Below, piece by piece: positions 27,703-38,736 of a stretch of 54,077 nt of DNA. Below the pieces are notes generated by a model. The model searched no databases. It was given only the letters and a program-made list of their open reading frames with translations, and was not told the DNA's origin. Within the stretch, counting starts at the first letter, position 1. The number at the start of each line of letters is the position of its first letter. Position numbers and translations under genes: made by a program. This stretch comes from an uncultured virus (IMG/VR IMGVR_UViG_3300038465_000034) (Duplodnaviria; Heunggongvirae; Uroviricota; Caudoviricetes). The stretch lies in the IMG/VR virus record IMGVR_UViG_3300038465_000034. One strand, 5' to 3'.

Positions 27703-27786
27703 CCTCGTAGTCTAGCGGACGAAGGCACCTGTTTCCTAAACAGGAGGCGAAAGCCATCGCAGGTTCGAATCCTGCCGAGGTCACCA
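27701..27786 (+). tRNA. tRNA-Arg(CCT) with long variable arm
   Basis: GACCTCG/CGAGGTC, CCTGT-TT-CCT-AA-ACAGG, V-arm GGC-GAAA-GCC, A73, CCA. Confidence 0.85.
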
Positions 27787-28353
27787 GTTTGTGGTTTTAG
27801 GATAACAATGTTCGATGTAAGCTTTAACGACGTGCTAGACGAATTTCTCGCTCAGTTGACGGGCGAGGACGGTATTAGGTTGCAGGAGGCTAAAGATGCC
27901 CGCAACAACGAGGACGTGGCGCTAAAAGAGATTGTAGTACCATGAAGCTGAGGGAATTCACCATCATCGCGTTGCCATTTCCTCAATCGGAGGCAACCTC
28001 GACGTACACGGAGTACGCGGTCGATGATGAGGCGGCTTTGAAACAGTTTCAAGCTCGATACCCGCTATGGCGGGTCAAGGAAGTAACGGAACGATGAATC
28101 GAACGTTAAAAAACGTTCTACTTGTCGGACTGACGCTAGTCGTCCCCGGTGCGGGGCTGGCATGGCTCATAAAAATCGCCAAAAGCGATCCTGACAAAGA
28201 TTTTAAGCGGTATGTTGAACATAGGTTCAACAAGATGAAAGCAGAAGAACAACCATGGCTCCAATGAACCTCAACCCGACCGCAACGCCGTGGCCTATCA
28301 CGGCAACGCCGATCCTCGTCGCCAGACGAAAACGCTAACCACAATTCGCGTGT

Positions 28354-28436
28354 GGGCGTTTAGTCGAGGCACTCCTCTAAAGTGTTATCCGTAAGCGGAA
28401 CTGAAAATGCAGGTTCGAATCCTGTAGCGCCCTCCA
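28354..28436 (+). ncRNA. aberrant tRNA-like RNA (no D-arm; TCT-containing loop)
   Basis: GGGCGTT/AGCGCCC acceptor, perfect T-arm, T-CCA end; internal hairpins GCACT-CCTCTAA-AGTGT and TCCG-TAAG-CGGA. Confidence 0.6.
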
Positions 28437-28442
28437 AATTTT

Positions 28443-28535
28443 CCCAGTGTAATTCAACGGAAAATCGCCGAAAGGTGAAGAAGCCCGGGCCTTTACCCCG
28501 GAGAATGGGGGTTCGAATCCCTCCAACTGGGACCA
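28443..28535 (+). tRNA. atypical tRNA-Lys(TTT)-like with hairpin inserted in the D-loop
   Basis: TCGCC-GAAA-GGTGA in D-loop; CCGGG-CCTTTAC-CCCGG; bulged acceptor; ACCA. Confidence 0.6.
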
Positions 28536-28536
28536 T

Positions 28537-28611
28537 GGGAGCGTAGCTTAATGGTAAAGCTACTGCCTTTTAAGCAGATAGATGGGGGTTCGACTCCCTC
28601 CGCTCCCACCA
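28537..28611 (+). tRNA. tRNA-Lys(TTT)
   Basis: GGGAGCG/CGCTCCC, CT-TTT-AA, CCA. Confidence 0.92.
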
Positions 28612-30394
28612 ATTACTTTCTGATATTCGGAGGAAGGTCCTCAAGAAGATAGGTCATGAGATGCTGGCCGCACAGGGCGTTACCTTTCACGCTAGTCACT
28701 GCCGTGCGAGCACCGTCGATTGCATACTGCATGGATTCATCGTTTAGGGGTCTGTCAACCAGATTTTCAAGAATGCATTGAGCGCATTTCATTGTCCAAC
28801 CTCCATTAGTCCAACCCTTGTGCAGTCTCAAATGCTTTTGGCTTCGGTTCTTTCAGTTCTATGAGTTTTTGTTGTACCGTCTGATTTTACCTATGATGGT
28901 CGATGGAAGATTGCGGAGCAACGCTATAATACTGCCCGTGAACATCAGCACCAACCCACCGCCGATCAACTGATTCTTGAATAAATCAGTGACCGTGGAT
29001 ATATGCTGTGGAGTTGCCGCTACGGTTTGTGGCGAGACTATCATTCTCTCCCAAGTGTAACATAGGCAACGAGTAAGAAACAAGTCTCCATCGTGGGACA
29101 CTCAAAAGGAAAGATAATCCAACGGTGCAGGCGAGGGTATGGAATGTAGCTCGGGACAAAGAACTGCATTAGCTCCAGTGTTTGTGGGTCGTAAACATGA
29201 CCGACCTTGGAAATTACGTCCATACCTATCGTCTTGCTAGTTTCTTAAGGGTAGCCTCGATTTGGCGGCAGGTGCAAGTGGGGATGTTATCTTCCAGATG
29301 ACCGCAGCAATTCGGATTGGCATCCTCGGCATCCTCGGCAGCTTCGAGCAGCGGACCTTCTTCCAGCATGGCTTGAAGGGACTCTAGGCGGCGGATGGCT
29401 TTCTTGAACTCACTCTTGAGGTAGCCCGCACGTCCGAAGCCGTCCCCACGAATCTCATCCATGGCTTTCCGCATGTAATGCACGTCAGCCCGAATGCGAC
29501 CGATCATATTGCTATACATTTGCACGCTCCGCAAAGCCGTCCCATACACGCACGCAGCGCCAGCACAATTCCCTGACCTTGATAGGTAATGGACGCTTTG
29601 CAAGCATAGCCTGCCACACCAGTAATATGTCGCGGGCAAGCACAAACCCCATGCACTCGAATATCTTTGCACCACACATGAAGCAGCGCCTCGGATGAGC
29701 ATCGAGAGCCATGGTGTGCATCAGTTCGACTGGCGCTGTTGCCAGACCTCGATGTAGGGGATGAGGATGGTCTCATCGCCGTCGAATTGATCCCAAACCA
29801 GTTCCTCTATATCCGCGTCGTCATCCACTAGGCTGACGGCGACTTGTTCGGGATCGGCCTGACTCTCGTCGTAGCCGTTATCAGCGGCTTGGTCGAGTGC
29901 CGCGCTCACCAGTGCTTGGATTTCGTTTTCGTCCAGTTGATCCATTTGAAGACCTCCGTTAGATGCCTGTCTTTCCACACCTGCCACAAATGAAACCGTT
30001 CGCGGAGCCAGTTCCATGAAGATGCCAGTGCGGTCTTACTTGACCACTTCCCCAGCCCAGTGCGCGGGCAATTTCCGTACCCAACTGGTCTCCTGCACTG
30101 GCATACCAGTGATACCATTCTTTTTGATGCCCGAATACCCGGCAAAGCCAATCCCAAGTAGGGCCGTCCCGCCATCTCCGTTTGTACGGCCATGATCCAG
30201 TTCCTATCTTAAGCCTTGGCATTAGACCCACGCTCCGCAATCGTCGCAGGACGAGTCCATGCCGACTGGATGTGTCTTCTTGTGCGGGCAGCAATTGATA
30301 TTGAAGACGAAATTGTGCAACTCGTCCTCAGTGAGACGATTCACCTTCGCCACGGCCAAACGAAGCAGTCGCTCTTTGGTCATTTTCTTGGGCA

Positions 30395-30670
30395 TCAGAA
30401 TGTCTTCTTTCCGACCCACGCGATCCACTTTTGGACCTCGGGGTGAGCTTTCAGCTTCTCAGTCGTGTTGTAGTGCCAGCCCAGCACTTTCTCCGTAAAG
30501 AACTCGTGTATCTGCCTGTGGCAGGGCTTGCATAGCGGGGCAGTCTTTACCAAGACTTCTTTGGGAAACGCCGCCTTGACCCGCTTGTTGCTATGAAGAG
30601 TGCGGGGAATCAGATGGTGATCCGTGATGTCGTTTCGCTCACGGTCGCAAAGTTCGCAAGCGCCTGTCAT
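30395..30670 (-). CDS. small HNH-like protein (YisB-like)
   Basis: CELC.R....T.HHLIPR..H...LC.PCH.QIH..F....L...YNT.E.L..HP....WI.W. Confidence 0.75.
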   Translation of the reverse strand: MTGACELCDRERNDITDHHLIPRTLHSNKRVKAAFPKEVLVKTAPLCKPCHRQIHEFFTEKVLGWHYNTTEKLKAHPEVQKWIAWVGKKTF

Positions 30671-31477
30671 ATCAGTCGTTCTGTGCTGTACGCCCGAAAC
30701 CGCCGTATCCATCGTTGGGGTTCTGTTCGACCTTAAAACCTTCGGCATCCCGAATCGGATATGGGTTGTGCTCTTTGGGTCGAGTTTCGGCCCTAACGCT
30801 GTAGTCGATCTTGACGACGCCCTGCGCGATGAGTTCTTCTTCGTAAGCCTCGTAGTCGCAGATCAGACCGTAAGCCTGCCATGCGTCGTCGCGGCTAGAA
30901 AAATCCCAGCTACTTCCTCGTTTGTTCCAGACTGTGTTGCCCTGAATCGCAGCCATGCTTTACTCCATCGGTAGAAATACCAGTCTTGTCGTCCCTGTAC
31001 TGGGTACACCTTTTCGATCAGGGGTGAGAGCGGTTCTGGTAGCACGAATCGGTCGGGTGCCATTATGCTCCCCAATACGGTGCCGTCAAGCCCATAGTTT
31101 CAGCCCACATCAAGCAAAACCAACAGCCCTCACCCTCACATCGAATTTGCGGCATTACTCGAACCTCACCGTATCCCGCATCTTTTTCGGGTATTTATCA
31201 AACCACCGCATCTCCCCGCAGAGATCGCAATAGCCTTTGACCTGTCCCGCTGGGACTCGTTCTGTCCAGCTAACGAAGCGGAAGGGATGCGGACAAACCT
31301 TACGAAGCTCATAAAGCTGAAGTTCTAGGGTGTGTTCAAGGTGTCGTAAATCATCTCTAGAATCATCGAGACTCTGCCCAACGACCGCCAGTTTATTGAT
31401 CTGGGTCGGCGTGAACCGTCTCCGCTTATGGGTCTCACCAAGCTCCGCGAGTGTAGCAATTCGCTGTTGGTTGTTCA

Positions 31478-32419
31478 TTAGTCCTCCGCTCGGATTGCCA
31501 AATCGATCATGGCGAGCTTAACAACAGACTCGTCACGCCATTCTTCCCACGCTGGGTGCCCATCCGCTCGCTCGTCAGCCCGTAGGTGACCCGCAATCCA
31601 GCGGCAGGCAAGCTCAACCGCCCGAGCCAGAATGCGGTTGGTAGCGTCCCCCTCGTGTCCCCAAACTTTGAGGTAGAGTTTGGTCAAGTACCGCGAAACA
31701 GCCTCGCGATCAGTTTGATCGGGTAGGGAGGATTCTGCCTGTGCCCTATCCAGATCGGCAAACAAGGTGTCCGTCATATCCTTGAGGAATGCCTGATCGT
31801 ACTTGCCCTCTCGAACGGCAATCAGCAGGCTCTTGTTCGGACGCGGGTAGGTGATCTCACCAGCCTGCATGAGTTCAATTCCCTCGCCGAGGAGCCGCAT
31901 AACATGCATGGCAGCCTTGGTATCGAAGCCGAACTTCTCCTCAAGCTCGGGACGTTGACCGTGCTTGCCCTGCCCGCGTTCACCCATGTACCGCTGACGC
32001 TGGGCCATGGCAAATCCCCTGAATTGCTCCGCACACGCCTTGGATAGAAAAATTCTCCGCATGTTCCGTACATCGTCCCACAGATCAGTGACATCCAGCG
32101 TGTTCTCGGCGAAGAGGTACGACAGACAAGTCGGATTCCCGCCCGAGGCGAGCTTCGCCCACTTCCGCAGCGAGTAGAAGCAGATGTCCATGTCGCCGGG
32201 AACATTCCGCTTCGTATCGCCCGCAGACGACCACACGTAGTGGGGGTAGTCCTTGAGCCCGATGACCATCTCTGGCGGTTCGACGTAAACGCCATACCAG
32301 TCGTCATCGTGCTTGTTCACAAGTTGCGCCCCATGGAGATCGGACCCACCCCTGAACAGATGGATCAGGTTGCTGGTGTAAGGGAACTTGTTCGCCTTGA
32401 GTTGTTCAAGTAGGTCCAT
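31478..32419 (-). CDS. nucleotidyltransferase, DNA polymerase beta superfamily (RlaP/Nuc-transf-like)
   Basis: GGSDLHG...DDDWYGVY, D...YSLRKW..L...GNP...LF, FDTKAAMHVMRLL. Confidence 0.85.
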   Translation of the reverse strand: MDLLEQLKANKFPYTSNLIHLFRGGSDLHGAQLVNKHDDDWYGVYVEPPEMVIGLKDYPHYVWSSAGDTKRNVPGDMDICFYSLRKWAKLASGGNPTCLSYLFAENTLDVTDLWDDVRNMRRIFLSKACAEQFRGFAMAQRQRYMGERGQGKHGQRPELEEKFGFDTKAAMHVMRLLGEGIELMQAGEITYPRPNKSLLIAVREGKYDQAFLKDMTDTLFADLDRAQAESSLPDQTDREAVSRYLTKLYLKVWGHEGDATNRILARAVELACRWIAGHLRADERADGHPAWEEWRDESVVKLAMIDLAIRAED

Positions 32420-32810
32420 TAGTGAGCCTTTTTCCTCGCAAGAACAGTATACCTCGCCGACTCCTTAAAGACAAAGCGAATCTCGTAACCATTCGCTTCG
32501 ATTTGGCTGAGTTGATCTTCGATGGGATGCACGCCTTTGCTGGCGTCATCATTATGCGGTTCATAGAGTATGAACGTTTTCCACGCCATGTTATTCCTCT
32601 TCTTTTTCGATCAGGTCCGACAAGAGTTCGATCACCTGATCGTCATCACATTCGTATTCATCTGGCTGGGGCAATTCGATGATCTCTTGCAAGGCTCTCT
32701 TGAGTACGGCTAAGGCACCCTTCGTCATGTGGTCTACGGTAGTAGACCGTCCTCCGAGTAGAGCCGGCTTCGTGAGTGTCTCCAATTGCAATTTGGTTGG
32801 CTTCGAGGAG

Positions 32811-33251
32811 TTAGGAAACATCGGGCTCTCCCGCTTCGCTGATTCGGTCGGCTTCTTGCTTCTTCTTTTTCTCTTCCCGTTGATGGTCGTGCTCACCGAC
32901 TTCCGCGACCTTCTGTCCTAGATAGGCAAACAGCGCCTTCGAGAACTCGGGTCCGCTGAACTCGTCTTGCACGTCGATCTTGCCATCGGAATAGAACCGC
33001 ACCGAGTATTCTCCGAAGCCGTAATTCTTGACGCCCCAATGGATCAGGAAGCCGAAGTGCCCCGGCATGATGTCCTTCTGCTCGCTGCCGTCCATCCGCA
33101 CGAACGTCTCTGGCGACATGTACCAACTACCTACGATGTCGGCGTAGACAAACTCGAAGCCGTCGCGTTTCTTTTTGAATGGAAGTTCGGGAAAGCACTC
33201 GTCGGTTGCTTTTGCGGGCCAATCTACACCACTACGTTCTTCGTTTTCCAT
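32811..33251 (-). CDS. hypothetical protein
   Basis: GC3-biased ORF with SD GGGG. Confidence 0.55.
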   Translation of the reverse strand: MENEERSGVDWPAKATDECFPELPFKKKRDGFEFVYADIVGSWYMSPETFVRMDGSEQKDIMPGHFGFLIHWGVKNYGFGEYSVRFYSDGKIDVQDEFSGPEFSKALFAYLGQKVAEVGEHDHQREEKKKKQEADRISEAGEPDVS

Positions 33252-34051
33252 GACTACCCCAGCCAGTTCGAGTTGACCCCGAGGACGCTCTTCTCTTTCG
33301 CCAGTTCAACTGCGCCACGGATAATGGCGGGCGAAACGAAGAATACAACGATATCGGGAAATTTCTCCGCGTGTGTCTTTTTACGCCTTGGCATTGGTGC
33401 TCCTTACTGTCTTGATGGCGTTGGCGGGCGCATTGCCCCCTACGAGATCATTCCACGTCCAGTTGCCGTGGAGAGTCTCAGTCCGCAGCTTGCCGCAGAC
33501 CTTGCAGACCTGCAAAACCTGCGTGACGGGCTCGGACGGTTGGTCGGTGACGTTAAAGTTCCAAACAGCCGCCACGACTGGCGATAGTCTCATCTCCATC
33601 GGCTGGACGCCCTTGATTTCCCATTTATGGAAGAAGTGGATCATGCTGCCGCCGCCTCAGCTTCCTCAGTCACATCCAGTATGGCGACTTCTTCCCACAT
33701 GGGAAGCCAGTAACGGATGGTGACGGGCATGAATTGAGTGGGGTCAACCTCGATGGATTGCACGATGCCTCGGTTGTGGTGCATGACGGAGATGCACGAC
33801 GCCACACAATTGAGGGTCATGCGGTCTAGCATCGGAAGGTAGTTCGCGATTTTTTCTTTCTTGATCCGTGTAATCATTATTCGTCCTCGGCTTCTTCCTT
33901 CAATTTCTGGATACGCTGCACGGTGTAGGACTCATCACCGGAAGCTATGTTTCCCAGCGTAACCACGTCCTTGACCACTTCAACAGGAAGGGCCACAACG
34001 TTGACTGCGGTTCTTATCAATTTGCCAAACATGGACATAAAGACTCCTCTT

Positions 34052-34327
34052 CTATTCGTTTACTGTGGGATCGACCACTTCGTCGAGGCGAAAACCTTCG
34101 TACTCATAATTCTTGCGGTCGTTCATCAGTCGCTTGGCTGCCTCGGCATCGCCTGCTTTGGCTTTCTCGTAGACAGGCTTCCACTTGACGGTCAGGTCGC
34201 CGTAGCACTGCCAGTATTCGTCAAGTTCCTTGAACACTCGCAAGTACGCGGCGGCCTCTTTCTCCGGTGTGGATGCGTCGTAGATGGTGTCGTCCTCTTT
34301 GCGGTTGCCGTAAATCAGAACTTTCAT
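34052..34327 (-). CDS. hypothetical protein
   Basis: GC3-biased ORF. Confidence 0.55.
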   Translation of the reverse strand: MKVLIYGNRKEDDTIYDASTPEKEAAAYLRVFKELDEYWQCYGDLTVKWKPVYEKAKAGDAEAAKRLMNDRKNYEYEGFRLDEVVDPTVNE

Positions 34328-34987
34328 CTAAGTACGCTCGTTATCGTGCCCGCACTTGGGGCAAAAATGGTTCCCCGCTGACAATAGTGTATCACATTCG
34401 TCGCAAAATTCGTCACAATTAAAAGCGTTGCCCCGCATCGTCCGCAGGAACTCCGCTACCTGATCGTCAGTCAACAGGTTGAAGAGGTACTGTGCGGCCT
34501 CGTCGGTGCCGAACATCGCGAGAACGTGGTCATCGTCGCCGACCCACGCCTTCCGCATCACCGTCATTGCTTTTGGGATCATAATTGGGCGAGTTTCTCC
34601 AGTTCCAAACGTCCCGACAATTCGTCGATAGTATGTTGCAACGGGCCTTTGAGCCAATTCGGGAATTTTGGCTTGGCAATCAATTCGCGTGAAACAGCGA
34701 GGTCTTTTTCTATCTCTTCGACGGTCTGATTGGCACGCTTGGCAAGTTTTTCTTCTCGCCAGCGGGCACGGACGATTTTGCATTGCTCTCTTGTCATGCT
34801 ACTCCCTGTCCATGTACGACAGCCAAATCCTTCGTTCATCTTCGGCGGTCGCAAACTGTTCACGGATGATGTTGCTGCAAACGATGAGTTCCATCATCTG
34901 AGCATCGTACCCGACTTCCTTGCGAATGTGTTCAAACACCCGTAAGCAAGTCTTGACTGCTCGATCTCCGAAAATGTTTGCCATTGG

Positions 34988-35296
34988 TTATTGGTTCCAA
35001 ATGCGAGTCGCTTTCACAGCCGTCGCGTGTTCCTTGCGGTATTCACGCGCTACGTCGCCTAGCGGCTTCACGTACTTGTTATCTGGAAATTCCCATAGTG
35101 GGCGTTCGCCTTGGGCTGTCGTGACGCTGTTGCTCCCGAGCAAGTTCGCCTCGACCCGCATGTCCCCCTGACTGGCGTGTGCCGAATGATCGGCCATGTA
35201 AATCGGCTGCGCCTGCATGTTGACTGAATTCCCGTATTGTCCAAACATCGTCGCGCTAACGACGAGCAAAAATACCATCAACATTGTGATTTTCAT
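34988..35296 (-). CDS. secreted protein (Acidobacteriota-like)
   Basis: Signal peptide; AQGERPLWEF...PLGDVAREYRKEH..A.KA motif; SD GAGGAGG. Confidence 0.65.
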   Translation of the reverse strand: MKITMLMVFLLVVSATMFGQYGNSVNMQAQPIYMADHSAHASQGDMRVEANLLGSNSVTTAQGERPLWEFPDNKYVKPLGDVAREYRKEHATAVKATRIWNQ

Positions 35297-35479
35297 ACTT
35301 CCTCCTCTAACAGATAGTCCATCTTGCGGAGCAGTTCCTTTTGAATTGGGTTTAGGCACATCCCCGCCTTTTGACGGCTGATGGCGATAACTTCGTCATC
35401 GGTAAACAGGGGCTCGTTATCCCCCTGATAATCGTAGTACCCGAACGTCGGTCGTCCGCACTTGTTCAGCTTAGCCATT

Positions 35480-36079
35480 TTACTCCCAGTAGTTGCGATA
35501 ATCCGCACCAAATTTTTCGTTTAATTTTTTCAAGTACGAGTACGTTTTGATCTTCACCATGAAGTCGTCGCCCTTGGCAATCACACCCTCGACCACTGGG
35601 TACAACCCCATGCGGACATCCTCGATGAACTGACGATTCAAATTACCCCTGTAGATTACCTGAGCCGCGTAGGGCAGGTCGCCAAAGGTATCCAAGAACT
35701 GCTTGGGCGGCATGATGCCCCGCTTGAACAGCACCACGTCAAACAGCCGAAGCTCTTTCGGTTCCTTCTCGTCGTGTAAACCTGCAAAGCTGCTCGGTCC
35801 AAAGAACTCGGTGAATACGTTGATTCGCTGAACGCCGCGTTCGACCTTTTTGCACCGCTTGATGATCTCGTCTGCCATGGTGTCCATGAAGATCGGGATC
35901 GCCTGACCGAACAGCGGGTGAGTCGCGTCGAACATTTCATGCCGGGTGCCGAACTTGTGCCAGCCCTGTTTTGGCGACCACTCCCACCGAAGGTTGCTGC
36001 CGTCGTATTTATAGAATGCGATGCATGGGACCCCCAGAGGAGCCTTAGCCGCGCCTTCGATATGTGGGTATTGTTTCAT
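35480..36079 (-). CDS. RNA-ligase-like nucleotidyltransferase
   Basis: YP.I...KYDGSN (motif I), FTEFFG, LFDV, EGVIAK, VKIKT; no OB domain. Confidence 0.78.
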   Translation of the reverse strand: MKQYPHIEGAAKAPLGVPCIAFYKYDGSNLRWEWSPKQGWHKFGTRHEMFDATHPLFGQAIPIFMDTMADEIIKRCKKVERGVQRINVFTEFFGPSSFAGLHDEKEPKELRLFDVVLFKRGIMPPKQFLDTFGDLPYAAQVIYRGNLNRQFIEDVRMGLYPVVEGVIAKGDDFMVKIKTYSYLKKLNEKFGADYRNYWE

Positions 36080-36093
36080 TTGCCTCGGGAGAA

Positions 36094-36372
36094 TTAAGCA
36101 CCATTGATGAATTCGTCGAAAACGATGAACATGACTGACGGACCACGAACGGCATTTGTGGTATCGGGGCGATAGAACTTGCCTCGCACGGCCCCACTCC
36201 AATCCGTAATTTCTGGAATGTCCGTGGTGTCAATGCCTTCCTCTGCCAGAATTCGATCCCGCTTCTCAAGCGCCTTGATGATCGCCATATTGCGGGCGAT
36301 TAACTTGGTGTCGGGTCGTTTGCCCGATACTTGGCGGCGGTTACGCTTCGATACTCCGTGGTTTTTCGCCAT
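36094..36372 (-). CDS. protein containing a BrnA-antitoxin-like segment
   Basis: IDTTDIPEITDWSGAVRGKFYRP resembles the BrnA N-terminal/central region; C-terminal DNA-binding part absent. Confidence 0.5.
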   Translation of the reverse strand: MAKNHGVSKRNRRQVSGKRPDTKLIARNMAIIKALEKRDRILAEEGIDTTDIPEITDWSGAVRGKFYRPDTTNAVRGPSVMFIVFDEFINGA

Positions 36373-36741
36373 AAACCCCTATTTACTGGAACTTCCGTCA
36401 GCGGCGTAAAAAAACATATCATTTTTGCACACCGTGCATCTTGCCCGAGCGAGAGAACCGTCGCGGTCGTACTCGACATTGAGTTCGCTCTCATGGGCTT
36501 CGAACTCAGACAGGCATCCTCGGCAGGTCGCCGTCCAGAGCTTGTCACCTTTGTCGCCTTTTTTAACGAGTCGCATGGGTCCCCTCCGATCCTGATTGTA
36601 CCACAATGGGGTGCCTACGTTCGGCGGCTGCGATCTGTTTGAACAGTTTGAATTCTAATGAGGGCGGTTCCTTAGCCATGTCCCTATTCTACCGTAAAAA
36701 CTTGGATTTTGGCTAGGTTTTGAGGCTATGGAATCAACATG

Positions 36742-36936
36742 TTAGCCGATGGTCGCATCGACAACTATGTCTTTCTCGACGATTAGGAGGACACGAAGGG
36801 GGTCATAGTCTGGTTTATACACCAAGTGGGTTTGCACGACGCGGATATCGTACCCGTGCTCGGCGATATGCTTACGAGCATCATCTGTGGAAAGCCCCAC
36901 GAAAATTTTGGGGTCCTCAATGCGAATGATGGGCAT
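36742..36936 (-). CDS. peptidase inhibitor I78/potato-inhibitor-I-like protein
   Basis: FVGL....A.......IRVV......DY.P.RV.L.V....V.....G. Confidence 0.55.
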   Translation of the reverse strand: MPIIRIEDPKIFVGLSTDDARKHIAEHGYDIRVVQTHLVYKPDYDPLRVLLIVEKDIVVDATIG

Positions 36937-37030
36937 GAGTATTCCTCTACTGAAAGAATTCGGTAGCCAGCTTTATGCGTGGGCTGCCAGTGCCAATTTG
37001 TGGAATTTTTGATTCACACTGTCCATGTAA

Positions 37031-37360
37031 TCATTCAATCTGCTCAGGCGGTGTACCATCAACCAACCCCGCCAAAATCTGACCGTGACAAACCACCTTA
37101 CCTCTGAATCCATTTTTCTCTCGACACCAGCAGCCTAAAATTTTGTCCTTCAATTCAGACAGTCGGGCAATCAGGTGGGGTTGATTCTTGATCCACACCC
37201 GATACTTCTCTAATACAACTTTTCGGTTCCCATCAGGGCCGACATGGAAAGGATTTCCCCAGCCCTCATCTTTGAACTCAAGGTAGTCGCGTCCGATGTA
37301 GACGCAATTAGGCGCAAACTGGACGAAAGGAAACTTACGGACGTGGACAACTTGGGTCAC
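37031..37360 (-). CDS. DUF4326-family protein
   Basis: VVHV...VYIGR...WGNPF...R..V..KY..W...L.EL..K.LGCWC...CHG..L. Confidence 0.82.
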   Translation of the reverse strand: MTQVVHVRKFPFVQFAPNCVYIGRDYLEFKDEGWGNPFHVGPDGNRKVVLEKYRVWIKNQPHLIARLSELKDKILGCWCREKNGFRGKVVCHGQILAGLVDGTPPEQIE

Positions 37361-38736
37361 CGTTTGGCTAACTTTTCGAGGTCGGCGATCTCGCACATCT
37401 CACGGGTGGGGATACGAAACCCTCCCGGCGTGTCGATGGTGCCGTCCGCATTGGGCTCGATCCCGAACTTCTTCCAGTAGGCGGCGTCAGGAAACGGAAT
37501 CCAGTGAGCCATCATCTCTCGGATGATGCTGGGGTCAATCTTGGGACACTCGTCGCTCATCGCTTGTTTAATTCTCGGCTTCTTCGGCGCTTCTCCGCAG
37601 AGCGGGCCGATTCCTCCACGTCGAACTTGATCCCTAATTCCAATTGGTTTGCGTGGAAGTAATCGCCGATGGCTTCTTTCATCGTTCTTCCGCGACCGAC
37701 CGCTGGCGTCCCCGGACGCGAGAGATCATCCACTTCAAACTTACAGTACCTCTTGCTTATCGTCAACGTCATGATCTTTTGAAGTGGAGGCCGACCGTCG
37801 CCATTTCCACCATGTTCTTGTCGGTCAGCCGACCCTCTTCCGCCCGCTGCGTGAGGGCTGCACGACGCCACATCTTTTGAAACTGATGGGCAATGGTGTT
37901 GGTGAGGTTGAACTCGCGCTTGCGCTCCTGCCACGCCTCAAAGCCCTGATAACTTTTGGTCTTTGCATTCTTATTAGCCATGGTGCTCCTTATTGAATTG
38001 GGGGGAAAGTACGCCCCAACGATGATAGGGCGAGGTTTAGTAGGGCGTATGCCGCCGCGCACCACGCAATCGTACCTACGAGAAACGTCGATATCCAGCC
38101 CAAGATTGGGCGTTTATGCATGAAGTTGCGATACCATTCAGTTTCCTGAAGGGTCAAGCCGACGATAAACCCCAGCAGTACAACGGTGACGAAGACAAGC
38201 AAGAAATTTGTCACAGTAACCTCTTCACGAGGGCCGACTCTTTTTCGGTTAGCGCCCGTGCCAGAATCCTTTTCACAGCCCGATCCAGCCCGATGTAATC
38301 AAACCGTGCTCGGCGAGCATCTTCTACCGCGTTCAGTATCCTGCGGATACTTTCTTCATTCGGGCGTTCTCGAAGTTCGTTGAGCAACCGCATCACCTTG
38401 TCCTGCGGCTTGCGTGCTAATTGTGCTTTTACCATCCTGTGCTCATTTCTCCGCTGGTACCTGACAGTGGACGCGAACTTCTGTGTTTTTGTACCACGTC
38501 GGAATGCGGTGTAACGACTCTTTGTCGTAACAATTCTTGACGTAGACTTCGAACTCATCGTACCCCGTGTTGCCCCGAACGATATAGTTTTCTTGCACCT
38601 TAACCACGTTCGGGTCTTTCCGTAATTTCTTATCCAGCTTCCGACAATCACTAATGACGTTCCTAGCCGCGAACGCTGGCGTGATGAACAGTAGAACCAA
38701 TGCCGCTGCGAAATACGCTTTCATTGTTGCCTCCAG

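Noticed and set aside
28354..28436. Amber suppressor (CTA) tRNA and stop-codon recoding
   Set aside because: The loop centre reads TCT, and recognisable genes are intact in the standard code with TAG, TGA and TAA all used as stops
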